Shown one piece after another: positions 57,041 through 64,000 of a stretch of 64,000 nucleotides of DNA (the first letter of the stretch is position 1; the number at the start of each line of letters is the position of its first letter). This DNA comes from Octopus vulgaris (taxonomy: Eukaryota), in assembly GCA_951406725.2 (NCBI GenBank), contig OX597832.1:19406001-19470000 (forward strand), given 5' to 3'. A program made the position numbers and the translations under genes. The notes under the pieces were generated by a model. That model ran no database searches. It was not told the origin of the DNA and was given only the letters and a program-made list of their open reading frames with translations.

Positions 57041-58357
57041 AGATAATGTCACTAGGCAACCTTAATTCTCCTCTTCCTGAGTTCACCACACTCTCCACCT
57101 TTTAACTTTCTGGGACATTCTCACTAATCACTCACACCCCTCTATTACTCCTTTTCCTAACGCTGTTTGTTAATGTCTTCGTTAAAATCATTTGCCAACA
57201 ATAAATTTGTACCTTCCATCATATTTAATTTTCTCAATACCTCACCTATATTCTCAATTGTATCTCTAAATCTCCCTCTCTCAGCTGTGTAACTTACAAG
57301 GTAACCTGGCCAAAACCTGGAGTCAGATAACAGAAAAATTCACTCTGTTTTTTTCTGTAATTCGTTTAGCGTTATAAAGGGCATTCGGGTGTAGAAAGCT
57401 GGCTAAAAGTGAAGCATTGGATCGAAACAGTTTCTACCGTCGCTTTGGAAACTGTTGAACAATCCGCCCCAAGGCAGCATGGAAAACGGGGTATGAAATA
57501 ACGATGATAATGAGAAGGACGAAGAGAACCAGCGGGTTGTAATTGGAACATCTTTAATCAGCGCTATGTAACTGAAGCAATGCTGACTTGGTGTGAAAGA
57601 AAAATAACAACAACAAAAGCAACTTCTAATAATTTTCCTTGAAATATGAATGTAAGGTTGGAAAATCAGTGTAGTGAAAAATCGCAAATTGCCAAGTCTT
57701 TTCGTTTTCTTGTTTTATTTATATATATATATTTTTTTTTTTACGCTGCTGCGAGTTTGGATGTAAAATGTCAAATTTCTTATACAACTGGACCATCAAA
57801 CCATAGCATTCATACGTTTCCATTATGGACAGATGAGTGATTTTCTTCTTTCAAAATTACTTCATTTTACGGTAGAATCACTTAAATTTAGGAGGAGCTG
57901 TCGTGTGACATATCGCTTATTCCTAAACAATGTAAGTAAATATTTGAATTTACAAAACTATTCGACTCAATAAAATTTGTTTAACAAAATATAAAAATGT
58001 ATTTCGTGTTTCTTTTTTTATTTTAAAAAATATAGAAAAAAAAGAAGAGGCTTACGTAATGCACCGTGATAAGAACTGTCACTATATTAACTTTTATTTC
58101 AATTTTTTTTCCCTTTTGAATAGAAAATTGCGAAGCGGTAAGCAACGTATTTAGTAATTAGGCTGTGTATTTAAGAAGGCATTGTACCCATTTATTTATT
58201 TATTTATTCATAGTGTTGTTGCTAAAATTGCACTAGTTAAACCATAAACCCACACGAAATTATTACAGTAGATATACATCAAGATACTTATAGATAAACT
58301 GAATGAAACCCGGGCTAATAAAAATTTTCCAAAAGGGTGTATAAGCGTGTGTCACTG

Positions 58358-58430
<73 letters not shown>

Positions 58431-58431
58431 T

Positions 58432-58462
<31 letters not shown>

Positions 58463-58533
58463 CTGTGTGTACGCACACATATATTTATGTATCCATACTT
58501 ATATATGTTTATATGTATACATGTATACATGTG

Positions 58534-58842
58534 TGGAGGCGCAATGGCCCAGTGGTTAGGGCAGCTGGTTCGCGGTTGTAGGATCGCGGTTTCGATTCCC
58601 AGACCGAGCGTTGTGAGTGTTTATTGAACGAAAACACCTAAAGCTCCACGAGGCTCCGGCAGGGAATGTTGGCGATCCCTGCTGTACTCTTTCGCCACAA
58701 ATTTCTCTCTCTTTCTTCTGTTGGCCTGCTCATTTAGCCAGCGGGGTGGCGTCATTTGAAGGTTAAAACAATGTGAAACGCATTGTAACCAGCGATGTGT
58801 AGCAACATCTGATAGCCTGGTCGGTCACGGGGATCACGGTGA
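58534..58842 (+). mobile_element. tRNA-derived SINE family D (possibly octopus OR-type)
   Basis: A box tggcccagtgg and B box gtttcgattcc followed by a non-tRNA body; TSD-like tatacatgtgt. Confidence 0.8.
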
Positions 58843-59434
58843 CGTATACATGTGTATACATGTATGTATCTACATGTACATACACCCATATAAATCTCTC
58901 TCTCTCTCCCTCTCTCTCTATCACACACACACATATACACAGACATATATAACTGAAACGATATATCAATGTATATCAAACGATATATCAAATTTTTTAA
59001 ATATAAAATATCTTTAATGTACAACATAGTGTCGATTATCAAAAAGCAAACGTATAAAACGATTAAACTTATATACTGACTATATAAGACAACAATGGCT
59101 TCCTCCTGTGTTATTGCAAAACTAGAATGATTATTTTTGCAACTGAAAATTTACTGGAGAATAGCTGAGTCACACAGGTCACCAAAAGCAGTTATTTTTT
59201 TATGGTTTATTAAAAAATAGAAATATTAAATTTCTAAATATCTCAATGATCTGCACGTTTAACATGTTAAGGAATTGATGCCACTCGAGTTCCTGTCGGA
59301 TCCGACACGGAATACCCCTTTTTTTTTTTTTGAGGACTTAGAGGATGGTGTGTCGGAGACCCCTCAGAGTTGTTTTTTTTTTAATTTTAAATTTGGTGAA
59401 CAGTGAATAAACTTCACTGAAAAAGAAAGAAAAA

Positions 59435-59493
<59 letters not shown>

Positions 59494-59499
59494 TGAAGT

Positions 59500-59748
59500 C
59501 TAGAAAAATATCTTCAGCTAGCAGGCCATGCTAATCTAGACTCATGACGGGAAAGACCTAGAAACACGCATGTCTCTAGATGTAGGCCTAGCTGTTGGGG
59601 GTGTTTGTCTCCCCTTCGTAAATATATAAGGACACAGGAAATGTATCATGGCCGACAGGAAGCGTCGATGCTTCCTAGGGCAAAATATCGGTGGTGTAAT
59701 TGCCTTTACGGGACTGTCACGTTAAGGTGACAGTATAAAACCACTCTA
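59500..59748 (-). repeat. Hairpin-rich dispersed repeat; second copy inverted at 63752-63867
   Basis: ~120 bp shared: atagagtggtt.tatactgtca.cttaacgtgac..aattaca.caccg..gccctaggaagcatcga.cgcttcctgtcggc. Confidence 0.75.
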
Positions 59749-60103
59749 TTAAAAAAGTTATTTTCCCTAAAAATAACTCATGTTCTCTCTCATACTACAA
59801 TATCATGTGAAGTGATGAGTTGGATTGCTTTGCAAGACAATGAAGACGGGAGTTACTAACCTTTTCTGAATGTGATGATGCAGCTTCACCTGAGATTCAC
59901 GATTCTTTTTTTTCCTGGATTAAAACAAGAAATTAGATTTAAGGATGCAGAAATGTAAATTCGTTCAAGTATCTAGCAGTAGCACTGTATCATTGAATAT
60001 CATTTCATTGACTTGTTGCAATTTTTTTAAAAATTAATCCCATAGAGTAACCTGTAGCGCTATAAAAAGCGCATTGCAGTAGCAACAGCTACGTACTACG
60101 AAC

Positions 60104-60489
60104 AGTTTCAATCATTTGACTGCGGCCATGCTAGAGCACCGCCTTTAGTCGAGCAAATCGACCCCGGGACTTATTCTTAGTAAGCCCAGTACTTATTCTA
60201 TCGGGTTCTTTTGCCGAACCGCTAAGTGACGGGGACATAAACACACCAGCATCGGTTGTCAAGCAATGCTAGGGGGACAAACACAGACACACAAACATAC
60301 ACACACACATATACATACATATATACGACGGGCTTCTTTCAGTTTCCGTCTACCAAATCCACTCACAAGGCTTTGGTCGGCTCGAGGCTATAGTAGAAGA
60401 CACTTGCCCAAGGTGCCATGCAGTGGGACTAAACCCGGAACCATGTGGTTGGTAAGCAAGCTACTTACCACACAGCCACTCCTGCGCCT
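60104..60489 (-). mobile_element. SINE family A, young copy flanked by ~92-bp direct repeats
   Basis: Direct repeats at 60007-60099 and 60490-60580. Confidence 0.92.
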
Positions 60490-60949
60490 ATTGACTTGTT
60501 GAAATTTTTTTTCATTCATCCCAGAATGTAACCTGTAGCGCTATAAAAAGCGCATTGCAGTAGCAACAGCAACGTACTACAAATGTTAATAGAGATAATC
60601 TTGAATTTCCTTAGACAAAGTTTCTCTGAAAAAGAATAAGAGTAACATTTATATATAAATATTGTAATACTGGATTCCATCTGAAATTAAATATTGGTTT
60701 CAAGTTTTAGCATAAAGCCAGAAATTTCGGAGAAGCGGGTACGCCCATTACATCGACCCCTCTGCTCAACTAGTTGGTACCCCGAATGAACGAAAGGCAA
60801 AGTCAACCCCGGCAGAATTTTAACTCAAACCGTAAAGACGGACGAAATGCCGCTATGCTTACCAGAGTGTGCGAAGTGGCAATCTTGTAGGTGCACACAT
60901 GGTATAACTACAGGAAAACACTCTCTAGGTCATTTATATTAATTAAATT

Positions 60950-61157
60950 CTACTCTAGGCACAAAGCCTGAAATTTGGGGGGAGGGGGGCAGTCGATTAG
61001 GTCGACCTCAGTACGCAACTGGTACTTAATTTATCAACCCTGAAAAGATGAAAGGCAAAGTCGACCTCGGCGGAATTTGAACTCAGAACGTAAAGACAGA
61101 CGGAATACTGCAAAGCATTTCGCCCGGCGTGCTAACGTTTCTGCCACCTCGCCGCCT
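60950..61157 (-). mobile_element. Meta-type SINE, full length (a decayed copy lies at 60700-60860)
   Basis: Head ggcggcgaggtggcagaaacgttagc to tail ggctttgtgcctagagtagaa. Confidence 0.9.
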
Positions 61158-61668
61158 ACTGGGTCATACACATATATTTGGCTAACAAACTCAGTACCTG
61201 TCATGCTACTTCTCCGAAACATTTGACGACTACTACTACTACTACTACTACTGCTACTACTACTACTAAGCCATATATACGGCTAATTGTTATATTATTT
61301 AGTTTTTCACATCGCTATTAATCTAGCAAAAACGAGAACCTGCTAATATGTTATTTTATATTTCGTATATCAATATTGATTTTTGGTATAACAAATAGAC
61401 ATCACATATGATCAGATCAGTCCGTATAATCACATTGTACTTTATTATATCGATCCCAAAGAAATACAGACAAAATCTATCGCGACGGAATTTGAACACA
61501 GAACACAAATGCAAAATGCTCCTAACTAAAAGCCACAAGACATTTTGATCGTTGCTCTACCGATTATGCCAATAAAATTCACAATTTTTTTTCGCTTTAT
61601 TTCATCCAGTGGTAATACGAATCAGTTTGTTCATAGAATGTACCAGTAGTATCTTTTTTTAATTTTAT

Positions 61669-61738
<70 letters not shown>

Positions 61739-62011
61739 TATTTTTTTTTTTTTTGGAAATCCCTCATTGAATCCTATTGTTGTGGAGTGAAACTTGTTGT
61801 AAACAGTGAGACTGCTTGTTACTCCAACGCTGTTTGAAAACCAGGATTGGCTTGTTTAAGTCCTTATAACTTAGCAACTTAGCAGTTCGGCAATAAGACC
61901 GATAGAATAAGTTCCGGGGTCGGTTTGCTTGACTAAACCTGTCAATGCAGTGCCACAGCATGGCTACAGTCCAACAGTGCAACGCAGCCAGCATCGAGAG
62001 AAAGGTGTGTT

Positions 62012-62100
<89 letters not shown>

Positions 62101-62634
62101 ATAGTCGGCCTTAGTAGTTAACTGGTATTTATCAACCACGGCAAGATGGAAGGTACAGTTGAACAGGACGAGATTAGAACACAGAAAGATGGAACAAATA
62201 GCGAAAGGCATTCAGTTAGACGTTCTAATGACTCAGCCAATTCCACGCTTGTTACCAATCCATTATCCTGTTAAATTATTAATCAACATTTTATAGAATA
62301 TTCATGATGGGAGTTCAATGCCCGCTTGAGTTAATTGTGCTTCTCAGTTCAAGCGTATCAATAAAACAAAGTAACCGACATATCAAGAAATCAATTCAAT
62401 CGATTACATAAACAGTCAATCTCCAAACGTAAGTACCAGTAATACTACACTGGAATGAAATTCGATCGATCGATGAATTGGTAGAGCGTCGAGCAAAATG
62501 AGTTTGTGGTTTTAGATACGTCCCTTAAACATTCAACACGTAACTCCCGTCGGATTCGATTTTGCATTTTATTTTTCCTGGAACAGAGACGATACGACCA
62601 TTACGAAGAATAATTTGGATTGGGATTCAATGTT

Positions 62635-62912
62635 ACCTCGGGCCAACCAAAGCCTCGTGAGTGGATTTGGTAGACGGAAACTGAAAGAAGCCCGTCGTAC
62701 ATATGTGTTTTTGCGTCTGAGTTTGTCCCCCACTCCAGCAACGCTTGACAACCGATGGTGGTGTGTTTACATCCACGTAACTAGCTGTTCGGCAAAAGAG
62801 ACCGATAGAACAAATACTAGGCTTACAAAGAATAATTCCTGGGGTCGATTTGCTCAACTAAAGGTGTTGCCCCAGCATGGCCGCAGTCAGATGACTGAAA
62901 CAAGTAAAAGAA
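62635..62912 (+). mobile_element. SINE family A, 5'-truncated (partial duplicate at 63000-63105)
   Basis: cctcgggccaaccaaagcc..gaaacaagtaaaagaata. Confidence 0.85.
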
Positions 62913-62930
62913 TATATATGTGTGTGTGTA

Positions 62931-62970
<40 letters not shown>

Positions 62971-63226
62971 GTATATATGGCGGGTGGAGGTTATCGTGCT
63001 TTACATCCACGTAACTAGCTGTTCGGCAAATAAAACGGATAGAAAAAGGACTTTGACTAAACCCTTCAAGGCGATGCACCAGCATGGCCACAGCCTAATG
63101 ACTTTAAGGAGTAAATTGTAAAAGGTAAGTAAAAAAGAAAATAATGTTGATACTTAGAACAAAAACAGCAATCGGTACAAATATGGAGGTCTTATGATAA
63201 TAACCTCCTTGGTCGACATCATCAGT

Positions 63227-63257
<31 letters not shown>

Positions 63258-63269
63258 ACACGATCAGTA

Positions 63270-63660
63270 GCAGCAGCATGAAACTTTTGGCTGGTTGGTG
63301 TTTCGGTCGAAAATCCTATAATCAAAGGCATCACAGCTATCACAAAAAATATTCTTTTTAATTAATTTTTTAACATTAGTATATCTAAGAGTACAACATG
63401 CAACATATAGTTCCCTCATTTCTGTTTTACTTGTGTGTTTTACAAAATATAAAACATAATCAAAAAAATGGCGGTAGATTTTGATTTGAGAGAGTTTCGA
63501 TCGTTGGTTTTTGCCAGTAGATGTACCAAAAAAATGTTGCACTTTCGTTAGCCATTAATTCGTGAATGTTTCAATACCGTCCTGTGAAGACGAATGGTAT
63601 AGATTCAGTGGTTTTCGAAGATTAAGAACAGAGGAAATTCCTGCATCTGCAGCCTCATCA
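63270..63660 (-). pseudogene. Possible piggyBac-like transposase C-terminal remnant
   Basis: WLTKVQHFF and C..(N)IFCDSCDAF loosely resemble the KW.KK.FF and Cys-rich terminal motifs. Confidence 0.2.
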
Positions 63661-64000
63661 ATGACTAAAGAAAAAAAATACATAGATAACAAAATAAAAT
63701 GAAATATTAAATTTCTAAATGTTTCAAAGAGACATGAGCGGTGGCGGAGCGATAGAGTGGTTGTATACTGTCAACTTAACGTGACGTATGGGAATTACAT
63801 CACCGCTGTTTAGCCCTAGGAAGCATCGAACGCTTCCTGTCGGCTTTGACACATTTTCTGTGTCCTTTCAAAAAATAAAATGAAAATAAACAAATGCAGC
63901 ATAAACAAGAGCAACAATAACACAAACAAAAATAAAAGATAAGAGAGCAGTAAAAACAAGCAACGACATGAGCAGTGAGAAGGTATTTTAGTATAGAACA

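Noticed and set aside
58534-58610. tRNA-Arg-like sequence (also tRNA-like heads at 56701, 47822, 49688)
   Set aside because: Pol III boxes are present but there is no complete cloverleaf or acceptor stem, and each continues into a SINE body.

Overview
AT-rich, microsatellite-saturated eukaryotic non-coding DNA with no recognisable host-gene exon, rRNA, true tRNA or CRISPR. The (TA)n/(CA)n/(GATA)n/(AAT)n density and the tRNA-derived SINE families suggest an octopus (coleoid cephalopod) intron or intergenic region; this is pattern-based inference. Almost all listed ORFs are microsatellite translation artefacts. Supported content: dozens of SINE copies from about 4 families; decayed fragments of an RTE LINE, a Penelope-like RT/GIY-YIG element and a mariner transposase; weaker DIRS-, Helitron- and piggyBac-like remnants; and a TA-targeting MITE. 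The most notable signal is about 15 minimal hammerhead-ribozyme-like motifs (core CUGAnGA/stem II/GAAA/palindromic stem III/UH). They come from several unrelated short elements, mostly in or beside (TA)n tracts. They include a fold-back 'twin hammerhead' family, a family with a fixed A6U core, a U3-A8 covariant copy and a copy with a roughly 90-nt stem II. Coordinates were read by eye and are approximate to a few bases.
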